64,000 nt of DNA from Parasitella parasitica NRRL 2501 (Eukaryota; Fungi; Mucoromycota), in NCBI GenBank assembly GCA_025201805.1, contig MU619271.1, forward strand, positions 165,786-229,785. The letters run 5' to 3'. The position numbers were made by a program, and so were the translations under genes. Of this stretch, positions 13,084 through 25,568 are shown in pieces (the stretch's first letter is position 1; each line of letters opens with the position of its first letter). A model generated the notes under the pieces. That model saw only the letters and a list, made by a program, of their open reading frames with translations, was not told the origin of the DNA and searched no databases.

Positions 13084-13686
13084 TTAAGTTATGTCTTAAT
13101 AGGCATCTTATTTAACTTAGAATATCGATATGAATCATCTCGCTCAGCAACCACGCTTCAAACTTCGGCAGACGATAGAGGAACTACCCGACTTTTGATG
13201 ATAATTTGGTTTCTAGTACTTGTTATCTCACCCTTATGGACATTGCTGAATGTCGCCGCTATGCCGCTGTTTTTTAGTTGGATTGGCTTGAGCCTTTTGA
13301 TCATTGGAATTTCGTTGTTGAGGTGGACTACATATGTCAACCCATTTTATTTACGTGCCATGGCAACTACTGATGATCATTTTATTTGCACGGATGGGCC
13401 ATATAGGAGGATTCGCCATCCTGGTTATTTAGCATTTTTATTGGCTTGGGTTGGATTTGGGTTCATGACCAACAACTGGATATCCCTTGCGATGATTACT
13501 GTGTTGATGCTCTGGGGGTATCTACTTCGGATTTTGGCAGAGGAGCAAATGATGTTGGATCGTTTTGGAGTTGATTACCAACAGTACATGAATGAATCCT
13601 ACAGGTAAAATGTTTTGATTTTCTTACTGTAATATTTGTTATTCACTTGCCTCTTTGTTTATAGATTAATGCCATTCATATTTTAA
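13084..13686 (+). CDS. Isoprenylcysteine carboxyl methyltransferase (ICMT/PEMT)-family membrane protein; 5' end in or before a gap
   Basis: Frame is open from the gap edge. GPYRRIRHPGY, RILAEEQMM..RFG.DY..Y, and final exon RLMPFIF* after intron ~13605-13664. Confidence 0.85.
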
Positions 13687-14578
13687 GTTTTGAATCAATA
13701 CCCAATAATCTCTCATTAAAGATACATAAACTTTCTCTTTTCATTAAAGTTGTTGTCAGGTTTCTGTTGGCTGTGCCATTTTAATGGTATATTTTTAACC
13801 TTTCGGATTTGTGAATATACCACTATACGCTATCAATTTGCTGTTACATGGCCTTAATTTTCGGAGTAGAGCATTAAAGTCTTTGAATAAGTTTTTGTTT
13901 GATGTACACCATCCCAACAATCTGAACCCCTACAAATCAAAAAAGCACCAAGTTGAATTACCATTGATATTTTTAGCTGGGAGATCTATGCACTAAAATT
14001 CATTCTTAGTGGATTTTCCTTATGATTAGTAGATTTTTCTAACCAACCAGCGAAATGATTTTGTCTTACAAACTATGTTACAAATTATTTGCTTAATAAT
14101 ATGGATCTTGTGGCACCTAAATCACACACAATGATAACATGTAGCGCGATATATAAGGTGTACTGGCCACCAAAGCATAGGAACACCAAAGTTTGGAATA
14201 GATTACTGGTGAGAAAGTAGCAATGTAAAGTCATCATGACGATAAATTACTTATGAATCTCAAACTTAACTTTATCATTCACTCAACCCCGGGGTATCAG
14301 TAAAAGGAAATACAGATACGTAGGCTGTCCATTTTTATGCTGATCTCAGCTTGAAAACGAGAGAACTCAAATATGATATCACCTGCCATGATTGGGTTGA
14401 TGGCAGATTTTTTTTTTTTTTTTGAAGTTACCATATTGAACCTAAAATATAACAATTAGCCACCGTCAGTTCCTGGATATGATTTCACATGAATGTCGAA
14501 ACAGGAAAAGCTATAAAAGGACAGTTTGTCCGCTTTTACATCTACTTTTTAATACTTTTCAAATTAGCCTCAGGAATA

Positions 14579-15706
14579 ATGCTTTCAAAGTCGTCCTGTT
14601 TATCTATTCAGTTACTAGAATCAACCATCTACATTGAGCCCAGTTCTGATGCTTGTAATGTCGTTCGTGGCACCATCAACATCAATTTACCCAAAACAAC
14701 AACAGTCAAATCCATCTCGGTCAGATTCGATGGCAAGATGGAAACAAAGAGTTACAGCTTCGAATCTATGGATGCTGGAGGTTTCGCTCAGAAGAAACCC
14801 TTGGCCCGCCAACGTTTAGTTGTATATCCTCCTCTTGAACAAGAGGATGTCGAGCGCCCTCTAGTCATGAACACAGGCTTGACGCAGTTTGGTTTTGAAA
14901 TGCAAATTCCATCAAAGCTGCCTGAAACTATCGACTGCTCAGATGTCAAAGTGAGTTATCATGTCACTGCTGTCATCGAGTACCACAGCAACTCCTTCTT
15001 GCGTATGGGCCGTCTTGTCAAGGAGTTTGCCAAGCAAGATGTCCGTGTCGCTCGTTTACCTTATGAAAACATCTTGGTCGGCGACACCATGTCAGATCCT
15101 ATCGATTCTCGCACTCACAAATCCGCTTGGCTTCACTATCAAATCCTGGTTGATAAAAAAGCCGTTGCTCTCGGCTCGGAATTGCCTATCACCTTCCGTA
15201 TGCTGCCTATTCACGACGGAGTTTCGGTGGATCGTGTTGCTATTCAAATGTTGGAGCGTCGTGATTTATATAGAGAATCTACTCGCACTAGCCATTATGT
15301 CCACTCTATTCAACCAAGCTCTGAAAACAAGACCACTATCCCCACTACGGTATTATACGAAGCATGGGAAGGTACTGTCAAGTACGGCATTCCGGAAGGC
15401 AAATCTCTTATTCACTCAACCCATGAGTACTCTGACTTTAATGTCAGCCACACATTGCTTGTGTCTATCGCTCTCTCTGTTCCCGGAATGGGCCGTTTTA
15501 CTGCTACTCGAGTTCAGAAAATAGTAACCTTTCAGGCCAACATTGACATTTTGGACGAAAAAATCGGCGAATTGGATTCTCTTAAGCTGCCTACTTATGA
15601 TTCTCCTCCTCCTTTTGATAACTCGGAATACGTATTTGGTGAATATGACCGTAAATTTGCAGATCCACCTGCTTATTCAGAAATATATGCTACTGAACGC
15701 AATTAG
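14579..15706 (+). CDS. Alpha-arrestin (arrestin_N/arrestin_C) adaptor, intronless
   Basis: VVRGTININL...VRFDGKMET, FGFEMQIPSKLPETI...VSYHVTA, VSHTLLVSI. C-terminal LPTY and PPAY (PY motifs). Confidence 0.85.
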   Translation: MLSKSSCLSIQLLESTIYIEPSSDACNVVRGTININLPKTTTVKSISVRFDGKMETKSYSFESMDAGGFAQKKPLARQRLVVYPPLEQEDVERPLVMNTGLTQFGFEMQIPSKLPETIDCSDVKVSYHVTAVIEYHSNSFLRMGRLVKEFAKQDVRVARLPYENILVGDTMSDPIDSRTHKSAWLHYQILVDKKAVALGSELPITFRMLPIHDGVSVDRVAIQMLERRDLYRESTRTSHYVHSIQPSSENKTTIPTTVLYEAWEGTVKYGIPEGKSLIHSTHEYSDFNVSHTLLVSIALSVPGMGRFTATRVQKIVTFQANIDILDEKIGELDSLKLPTYDSPPPFDNSEYVFGEYDRKFADPPAYSEIYATERN

Positions 15707-15873
15707 ATAGAATGTAAATAAAAATATACCCCTTGTCGATGATATTATCACTTGTAAATAAAATTTAGAGCGACTCAGTTTGGTTGGTGTCACAAACCAT
15801 CAACCAAAAAACACACTATTACAAACATTGAATCTCAACTGTCAATTGTAAAGTGTCAGGACAGAAATTAAAG

Positions 15874-15907
<34 letters not shown>

Positions 15908-16405
15908 NNNNNNNNNNNNNNNNNNNNNNNNNNNNNNNNNNNNNNNNNNNNNNNNNNNNNNNNNNNNNNNNNNNNNNNNNNNNNNNNNNNNNNNNNNNNN
16001 NNNNNNNNNNNNNNNNNNNNNNNNNNNNNNNNNNNNNNNNNNNNNNNNNNNNNNNNNNNNNNNNNNNNNNNNNNNNNNNNNNNNNNNNNNNNNNNNNNNN
16101 NNNNNNNNNNNNNNNNNNNNNNNNNNNNNNNNNNNNNNNNNNNNNNNNNNNNNNNNNNNNNNNNNNNNNNNNNNNNNNNNNNNNNNNNNNNNNNNNNNNN
16201 NNNNNNNNNNNNNNNNNNNNNNNNNNNNNNNNNNNNNNNNNNNNNNNNNNNNNNNNNNNNNNNNNNNNNNNNNNNNNNNNNNNNNNNNNNNNNNNNNNNN
16301 NNNNNNNNNNNNNNNNNNNNNNNNNNNNNNNNNNNNNNNNNNNNNNNNNNNNNNNNNNNNNNNNNNNNNNNNNNNNNNNNNNNNNNNNNNNNNNNNNTTT
16401 TTTTT

Positions 16406-19400
16406 TTAAACGAAAGCGTTGGGCCAGGTCTCTTCAATCATAGGGTTGCTCATCAAACCCTTGATAAATCCTCTCCAAACAGCGCTTTTTATGATGCTAT
16501 CATCCCAATTTGCAAATTTGGTACCATCGGGACTTTGAGAATCTTGATCTAATTTCTGTTTCTTCTGCCTATCTTCGCGATCAATCACCAGAGTCTCAAA
16601 AAAGCGTTTTCCAAGGCCTTTAACAGCGTCATAACGGTCTTGCATCAAAACTAGACAATCACTGGCAAAGACGCCCAGTGTCTGCCCTTGAAAAAACGAC
16701 ATGTTTTGCTCTGCACAAGAGCACAGCCGGGATGGCAAAATGTCTTGTAGTAAGCAGCGAAGAAGGCTGACGCAGCTATTGTGTGTGTTTGCAGAATAAA
16801 GCAACGGCGTTGTGACCAAACAGGAGCCCAGTTCAGCTACGCACGTTGTACGGTTAAAGATGGCCGTTTTCTGTAACTTTTTTGCGCAAAAACTCACCTG
16901 CTCTGACGGCACCACCGGATCGCCCTGCCTCCAAGACTTGGTCCACTATCATTCCAACAAACCAATGCCCACCGCCAATTTCCAAAGCTGTCTCAAACAA
17001 GACCATGTCTAAATAATGAGAGACTACTTGCATTTTGGAGGGGGCTTGGTCGTCCCACAAGGAATTTGTATCAGCATCCACATCACTCATAAACAGAGAC
17101 CGGCCACTCTTGACAATGTACCTGAACATCAGTTCTGCTTTCTCAAACAGTGTCCAAGGCGTGACACCCGTTGTCACTGTTTCCAGGAACAAGACGGAAT
17201 GGTCCTCTGTGAGTTTGTTTTTGCTGTTGTTGTGTATGAATTGCATCAGTTCCGACATGTCCTGTGCTAGCTTGGCATTGCTTTCTTCTTGTTCTTTGGT
17301 CGCAAATGCAGCCTCTTGTCGCTTGAACTCTAAAAGTGACTCCAAAGACCCCAGGACAGCATGCAGGTTAAAGTCGCGAGCGAGGGAATGTTCAGACTTG
17401 ACTAATTGGCCAACACACTCGAGAGCAATGGCCGCGTGGCCGCTTAGCAGCTCTTGGCACAGGTAGTTGAATATACCATACAACGTGAAATTCAAAAATC
17501 TCCTCTGAAAGTACGAGATCATCCCTGCAAAGGCGTCTTGATCCATTTGTTGATTAGCATGTAACAATATGCTGCGCTGAATGATTGTTGGTACAACTTT
17601 CAGTAGTTCTTGGGGTGTTGATGTTCTACAGAGCAACGATTTCTATGAGTATTGCGCAATACGTTAACTTAAGGATGTATTACCTGAGCAAATCATCCGA
17701 GAGGCCATCACTCCCTGCCAAAGCACTCATCCAGCGATTGATGAAGGGCTCTAGCGACTCATCTTCGACATCCAAGCCGTAGATGACGGAACATTCATCG
17801 AAATATGTGTACAAGATGCCCTTTTTGTCCTGTAATACCTTGCTTATATCGCGATACAGCTGAATACAAAGGGCTCTTAGTGTCATACTCGGTCAACTTT
17901 GCTGGATTATATTGTACCTTAAATCTCTTTACTACAGACACTGCAAAATTCCATATATTTCCAAATTTGCTGTACAATAACTGAACACCATCCAACTCTT
18001 CCTCGCCCTCAATTTTCCTGGTCGTTGAGTCATCCTCAGTTTCCATTTCATAGTCTGTTGGATTCCATTGGTTGCACACGCTCTCTAGCGGGCCAAGTAA
18101 ATCGGCGGGGGTATACAGCTGGAGGATCAAATCAACGCTGCAAGGACACTCGGATAATGCATCACAAATCTTGGAAAGAGCATAAAAGTCGTTTGCAGCA
18201 CTCTTTTGTTTCAGCAGGTCTAGCACGAAATCAATTATCTTTCGCAAGTGAATGGGCGACACCAAGCCGATGTGTAGGATTTCTGTTAATGCTGAAAAGG
18301 ACAAGCTGTTTCCGATGGCTTCGAAGCGTGTGTCTATATTCTGCGAGCAAGTTATATTGAATATAAAGTCCACATAAAATCATGGTTTGACCTACTTGAT
18401 CTATAGCCGTGATAGGTGTCATTTTCTCGACAGCTAACTCGGTTTCCATCATGTCATTCTTTTTAATAAGATCAGCAGCGATGTTTGGCCTCACGAAACC
18501 ATAGCGCTCGCAGACGTTCACAATGTTGGTAAAAATATCATTGCCGCTAATGGATCTTAACGATTTTGTCAGCGCAGGTGTGTTTAGGTCTGACGTGCTA
18601 CTGATGTCGCTTATCATTTTCATAATATCGTCGTCATCGTCGTTTTCATTTTGTCCAAATGCTATTTTATCAACCAACATGGACGACATGGAATCTGGAG
18701 CGTAAAACTCGGAACAGCAAGCAGGTGGGCTGCAGGCGTTGATTAGGCCACTGAATGCTTTCAACTCTTTCAGTGATGCTTCAAAGGGGTTGAGCTTGTG
18801 GCAGGTTAATATACTGTGGCATGGTCTTGTTGGCTTTATTTACCTCGTTCTCTGGGGTCGGCTTTTCGAGAATAAAATTGTCCTTTTCTTGCTTTTTGCT
18901 TTGTAATTTGCTTAACAGGTAAGGCAGCTGAAAGCAAATGAATACAATGGATTATTATAAAAAAAAACACTAGATGATTTTACCTTGACCAGCACAAGGC
19001 TTTTCCATAGTAACCGGTTTGTTGCCACCACGCCATTGCAACTTTTGGCTTGCTCCTCTTTGGAAGATACGATGTTTTCTGCAGAAGGAAGACTTTGACA
19101 GCTGGTATTCAATGAAGCTTCGCGCAATCCTGTCAGTGCAGTAAGCCAAAGCCCGAGAAAGAATGACTCGTCAAACGACCCTTTGATTGTTTGCAGTTTC
19201 AACAAGTGATCGATTATATACTCGTCATCCAGTGCTGGTCGAATCTGAACCATGTGGTATAATAGCCCCGTTAATCCAGCGCTTGGCATCGCTCTTGCTG
19301 TGCCCTCGTCTTCCAATTCATGGTATTTCATGTGGACTGCCATTCGTCTCTCTAAATCTCTGTCGGTCAATCTCTGGATCAAGAGCAGCAATTTCTGGAT

Positions 19401-20464
19401 ATGTGGGTTTTGTGATGCAGATGACACGCTGTCGTGCTTCGACTCTAATTTAGCTTGGCACTGCACCCAAGGCTCCTGATCTGCTTCAGTGCCAGCTTGG
19501 CGTTTCTGGTTGTTTCTTACTTCAAAGATACGCTTTGAGCCTCTCTTTTCAATCAGCTGAATCATGATTTGTGCAGCCAGTGCAGCATTGTCAATTTCAA
19601 TTGATGCCTTCCCTGTATTTTCGACATCCACTGGATCGCTCATCTGAGTGTCTTTGACAGCTAATGGCTGGTACTCGTCTATTTGCTGCGTATTGTCTAT
19701 GTCAAGCGTCGCATCGCCATCAAAGTTCATTGACTGCTGAGATTGGAAGGAAAGCTGAGAGTCGAAAGGCTGTGTATTGTTGTTGTGAAAGGACAGAGCA
19801 GAGGTGATTGTAACGGGTGTCTGCGCTATGGGTCGGGCGTACCAGTTGGGATAAAGGCCAACAGCAACGATATGAGAGAGCATTTGGAACACACTGGCAA
19901 GTATATCCACCCAGGGGTTCTCTTGTCCGTTCTGAAGATCAGAGACAATATCGTCCGTGTTGAGGTCAAGAAGACCAGGTAGCAGCTTCAAAAGGAACAG
20001 CCATTGATAAGGGTTCCTGCTCGCTGTTGTTTCTGCAAAGGGTATGATTTTGGAGAGGAATGCGATGGGGGACACAACAGGGTCTATACTGATGCTGGAA
20101 GACTCGCTATCAAGTGAGGCCTTGCCTATGGTGGCAAATGTTATATAAGACTCTAGTAGAGGATCAGACACTCGAGTGAATGAGAAGAGTGTCGTCAGCA
20201 ATGTATCTATGAAGAGTGAGACATTGGTACTGTTTGGTGTTTGCGCTAATATTACCACATAGCTCTGTCTCGACACTCCCTGCTTCCATGCACTCTCGGG
20301 TGGGTTCTATCCACTAACAAGTCAACGAGATCATGTAAGTCCATATGTTTACACACACACACACACACACACACACATGCGTGGCATTTTTTTACCTGCT
20401 CAGGTGTAAATCCATGCAAGAAAGCATAGCGAAGAACAACCTCCAGTTTATTAGAAGGGGCCAT
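16406..20464 (-). CDS. MED5: Mediator tail subunit Med5 (Nut1), multi-exon
   Basis: Large helical protein with DPLLESYI, and WMSALAGSDGLSDDLLR|TSTPQELLKVVPTIIQRS matching the Med5 W..GLF...GISD....PQ....VPT motif. ATG at 20464 (MAPSNKLE). Confidence 0.72.
20351..20377. repeat. (AC)n microsatellite in a MED5 intron
   Basis: Direct observation. Confidence 0.95.
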
Positions 20465-20643
20465 TAGAGAAAAGAAAGAGAGNNNNNNNNNNNNNNNNNN
20501 NNNNNNNNNNNNNNNNNNNNNNNNNNNNNNNNNNNNNNNNNNNNNNNAAAAAAAAGTGGGTATAATAAAGATGCATCCAATTCCTCCCTCTATGATCCCC
20601 TTTCGCGTCAACCGTCACGAGAGACATCAATAGGTAATACCAA

Positions 20644-22131
20644 ATGTCGCTTCCACATGCTTTTACTCGAATCATGTCTGCATCCTTGAGCAAGCCAAAG
20701 CTAATTTACATCGCGGCTGTTGCCATACGACTGGCTGTATTTAGCTTCCCATCAGTGTCGAATACGCTTGTGCAACGAGTCGAATTGTCTACACCAGTAA
20801 CCAGTTTCAAGCGCTGTATGTATAGGCTCAGAGCCATTATTTCTAGCACAAAACCTTAACCTCATTGAGCCATAGTAACAGAAGGCGTCTACCTTTACAA
20901 CAACAACGTCCCCCCCTATGATGGTGGCGCATTTCATCAAGTAGGCACTCACTCTATATCTCCCATACATTAGTATTAACACTGCTCGCTTAGTCGCCTT
21001 TACTGCTCTGCTTGTTCTCCTTCATCATGGCGCTGCCAGCCAACGCAATCCCAGTACTCTACTGCGCAGTTGATGTTGTGATTGCTTATGCGTTGTCTCG
21101 CATCACAGCCATTAAACAACTGGAGGATTCAAATAAGCCAATGCTCAAAGTCGAGCAAGGCCAAGCAAATATTAAGCCTAGTACGGTGGCGGCTCTATAC
21201 CTATTTAATCCACTCACAATTCTGTCATGTATTTCTAAATCAACGCTCATCTTCACCAACCTCAGCATTGCCATGGCGATACTAAGTGCATTGAAACGTA
21301 AACAGAATGGGAGTATGTTGTGGGCGGCGCTGGCATCGTACCTTAGTTTTTATCCGGCCATGCTGGTCCCCGCCTTGCTCCTTTTCTTCAGGTCGCCAAA
21401 GCCCATGGCCTCGTTTGCTGGATGGCTGGCAGCCTTGTTTGTATTTTCGAGATTGTTTATTGGGTCTTGGGACTTTATCCCAGCAACTTATGGCACCATG
21501 TAAGTTCCGTGGATGAAAAGAACCAATTGCTAAATGACTGAATGCCACACCCTGTTGATAGCATCTTTTTAACAGACCTAACGCCTAACGTTGGCATGTT
21601 TTGGTATTTCTTTATAGAGATATTTGACCAATTCAGATCGTTTTTTATGGTTGTGTTCCAATTCCACACTTTTATTTTTGCTGCACCCATTTGCATCAAG
21701 ATGAAAGACCAGCCCATATTTGCAATCACTGTGCTTTGTGGCATAATGGCCATCTTTAAAAGCTACCCGTCAGCTAGCGATGCATCCTTCTACCTGGGAC
21801 TGGTGCCTATCCATGATAGATTATTCAAATGTAAAAAGTGAAGCATGGGATTTCACGTGTACTTGCACCAAATTAACCTTGATTATGTCTAGATTGTCGT
21901 TACAGCTTCCTGGTTTCCAACCTGTTCTTGTATGCCTCTGCATTGGCACCCATATTCTGGCATTTATGGATCTATGCGGGCAGTGGAAATGCAAACTTTT
22001 TTTACGCCATTACGCTTGTATATAACTTGGGACAAGTGCTGTTGTTGATTGATTTAGTGTACGCAGCTCTGAGAAGGGACTATGACATTAAGCATCCTGA
22101 ATCCATAGGCAAAACGGTTGTTCATAAATGA
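20644..22131 (+). CDS. GAB1: GPI transamidase subunit PIG-U/Gab1, multi-exon
   Basis: RVELSTPVTSFKR, PYDGGAFHQSPL, YLFNPLTI, DLTPNVGMFWYFFIEIFDQFR, WHLWIYAGSGNANFFYAITL. Confidence 0.95.
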
Positions 22132-22353
22132 AATCTTTTTTTTTATACATATATATATATATATCTTTATTTATTGCCTTTGGGATTGTGTAATTCACGG
22201 CTTTGCCCACTTGTATTTGCTAGTTGGAGCAGCTTTTAAGATTCTGCAAAACAGCTTTACATCTTGATCTACTACGGTATGACTTTCTGCTGAATCCTCA
22301 TTCAGTAGTAAATATTTGTGAATACACGTAAAAATGTGGATTTTTGCATGTAT

Positions 22354-22689
22354 TCACATGCTTATATCTTGCATTGGGCAGATGTATTGTTGTTTTTTGA
22401 ATACACATTGACATACAAATTGGCGCTTTTGGTAGCACTCAATTTGCATTGATAATAAAAGATATGGTACCTTGGGAAGGCTCCATTTATTATATTTAAT
22501 GGATCCTTCGGCTTGTGTTCGATATCCTCCAGATGAGTCTATCGCCAGTATAGCCATATCATTATATGACAAGTGTCTGATTCCATCCAGAAGCCAGTAT
22601 TCCAAGAAATCTGTGTGTCTCAACCCAGAGTAATCAGCATAAAAGCAGTGAATTTTACTGCGAAATATCACAATACGGGTATCATCCAT
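22354..22689 (-). CDS. Possible orphan ORF or exon, no recognisable domain
   Basis: 111-aa ATG ORF convergent on GAB1. No motif recognised and splice structure unresolved. Confidence 0.2.
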   Translation of the reverse strand: MDDTRIVIFRSKIHCFYADYSGLRHTDFLEYWLLDGIRHLSYNDMAILAIDSSGGYRTQAEGSIKYNKWSLPKVPYLLLSMQIECYQKRQFVCQCVFKKQQYICPMQDISM

Positions 22690-23006
22690 AACATACCATC
22701 AAAAGTGCAAAATAATATTGCTAAATCCATAAAAATCACCATTGTCTTATCATTTGAAAATCGAAAAGTGTGATGTTTTCAGCAGCAAGAAGAGAGATAA
22801 ATGAGATTCGACTCATTTGTCTTTTAGAGAGCATCAAGGCATAAATGCACTACGATAAATCATAAAAAAAAAATAGCTCCCGCAATTTTATTCTGGTGTG
22901 TATAAAAAATAGTGATAAATGATAGTAGAGGAGTGGGGATAATCATATAATTGTAAATAAAATAAAATAAAAGCGTTAGGAGGAGGAGGAAGAGGAGGGG
23001 GTAAAC

Positions 23007-25371
23007 TTAGGCATTTTCTTTAGCGATCGAGTGAGTGTCAGTTTGGATCATTTCTACTTTCTCTAATAACAAGCCAGATTTTGACAAGATGGAAGCAAAA
23101 TAATCAGCTGTTTCTTTGGAAACAAAGGCAACTTGTTCGGTTTCGTGGCGCTTTTGCTCCTTGTTTTCAATAGCCTTTTGGATTCTATTTTGGATTTCCC
23201 AGCCCTCAACTCGCAACACCTTGCGGCTTTCACGAGCAATGCGATGGCTCTGTCCTTCAATGTAGCCGGTGTCACGAACGGCTTGCTTGAATTTCTTGAC
23301 AAGTTTGCGCTCAACAGCACTGCGCATATCACTGACAACGTAAACCAAAAAGCCAGCACTAGCAACGCCTACAATAGGAACAACCCAACGACGCAAGTTG
23401 CTGTTGTTGCTCATCATGTTGGAAACACTCCAAATACTAGAGACAGCATCTTTGAATCCCAACATGCGGCCGCCTACCATGGCAGCTGCACCAAAGGACA
23501 AGGCAGCTCCTGACAGCTTGTCGTCCAGTACCAAGTCAAAGAAATCTGTGGTTTCAACAGTGATTGTGACACGACGCTCTCTGTTCTTGACGCACATTTT
23601 ATTTACGTCCGCAGCCATATCATAGGTACCCATGTGTTCGGTGCCCATGCTGTGCAAGCGCTCAAGACAAACAGCAGTTTCTTGACGAGCATGTTGTTCC
23701 TCTTGGCGCACTTCATGGAGCAGCTTCTGGACCATGGAATCTGCGATATCCTGCGCATATTGCCAAATCAACAAGATACCAGGATACTCGATGGTGCCAA
23801 TAGCATTGCCAACATGCTCGACTGCTTGGTTCAGCTTGTTTTGAGCATGCATTTGGACCGAAGAGACGGCTTGCTCAGCGACCTTCTCGACTTGCTCCAA
23901 CAAGCGATCACGGACACGCAATAAATGCTGATACGCAGGAAGATCTTGCTCCAGTTCTACGGTCGCCTTTGCATAAGCATCCGAGGACTTCTTTGCGTTA
24001 TTTTCTGACAAGACGTTGATGTCCATCAGCAAGTTGACCAGGTAGTTCTTTGCAGGCATCAACTTTGATTTGGTGCGATTTTCAAGGACAAACGCACGCA
24101 GACGTTGCTCTAGGCGGGCGAAATCAGGAGCATCCAATTTGCGGGATCCAGGCTCCAAGTCGACGCTACCCGCACTGACAAAGTGGACCAAATCGTCTGC
24201 GTCTGCGTATGTGGCGGGTGAAAGTTGGCGAATTTGCTCCAAAATCAAGCGCTTGCAACGGTCTTTATCTCTGATCGAGTCGAAACGGTTGACTACGATG
24301 AAAATATGGGTTTTTTCATTGGCTGCATTCCACAAAAATTCTTTTCCCTGCACAAAAAAAAAAAAAAAAAATAGCAATGGTCAGCACCTACATTGGCTCG
24401 GGTTTGATCGAGCGAAACTTACAGAGAGTGTAAAGTGGTTTTCAGCACTGACTACAAAGACGACGACGTCAATCTCCTCTTGACGGGCGAAAACGGCGGT
24501 AGTCTTGACTGAATCTGTATTCAAACCAGGAGAGTCGATAAGTGCAATATCAACAACGCCGTTGTGAAGCAAGGATTCTTGAGTGGTTCTAGCGTCGTTG
24601 GCATAGATCTTGAGCATCTTGTAATGCTCATAATCCTCCGTGATAGCTTTGTAGAGATGACGCATTTCAATGACATGGTAAGTGTTGGGATCGAGGCGAT
24701 TGTAAGTCTCGGCAACTGGAATCGCATGCACCTGCTCGAGTCCATCGTTCAGCATTGCATCCAGCACTTCGCAAAAGACGCTTGTGCAAGGCTGTTGGTC
24801 CGCAGGTAAAATTTCTCTCTTCAGTAATGCGTTGACAAATGTAGATTTACCAGAGTTCAAATCGCCAGTGACCAACACTTTGGACGAAGTGTCAGCAATA
24901 CGTGCTTGCAATTTGCTGAGATGGCTCAAGCTTTGGTCGAACCGATCGTTGAGCAGATTAGCAATTGATTTGGACTCCAGGGTGCTGAGGTCTGCTGAGG
25001 AATGACCCATCTTCAAGTCTAGAGAGAGAATATTGAGTTCGTGAGGTAACAGTCTATGCTGTTCGAGCTGTTGAGCTAATGAGTCTGTTTGTGTTACAGA
25101 GGAGCGGCGAACAGCATCCAGAATTTGAGACGAGCCCGTGTCCAGTGTTTGAGAACGAGCAATGGTGGGCTTTTGCTGCATTGGATAGAAAATAGGAAAT
25201 TTGTCCTTGTTGGCAGCTTTCAGGTCCTCGCAAATACCAACAACGGAATGAATATGGCTAATCAAACGTTGGCAGCTATCACGATAGGTTCTTTGCTCCT
25301 GAGCAGCGTTAAGACGATGCTGATGGGTTCGAGCAGCACTGTTTGAGGTTGACGGTGATGGGATGGGGCTT

Positions 25372-25406
<35 letters not shown>

Positions 25407-25568
25407 AAAAGAGGTTTCCATGGATGAAAACAGGTTGCTGCTGCTGCTGCTGCTGCTCAGGCTAGGGCTGAAATAAGAATCGTCCATACTGGGTGCTGAG
25501 TTGCGCCTTAACGATCGTTTGGAGGACATCATGGAAGATGGCACTCCGAATATTTGTGATTGTGACAT
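23007..25568 (-). CDS. FZO1: Mitofusin / transmembrane GTPase Fzo1, 2 exons
   Basis: SSKVLVTGDLNSGKSTFVNALL, DQQPCT, LIDSPGLN, ARQEEIDVVVFVVSAENHFTLS, VVNRFD, two hydrophobic segments and a C-terminal coiled coil. Intron 24348-24422. Confidence 0.95.
25374..25457. repeat. Trinucleotide repeats encoding poly-Q and poly-S in the Fzo1 N-terminus
   Basis: (CTG)n runs on the + strand. Confidence 0.9.

Noticed and set aside
14489-14578. Upstream in-frame extension of the arrestin ORF
   Set aside because: Overlaps a TATA-like TATAAAA and a pyrimidine-rich leader; the ATG at 14579 fits the family better.
15853-16443. Long X-filled ORFs
   Set aside because: Artefacts of translating across an N gap and poly-T.
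20816-20874. GAB1 intron with a CCTTAAC U12-like branch site
   Set aside because: The donor is GTATGT (U2-type), not RTATCCTT, so it is not called a minor intron.
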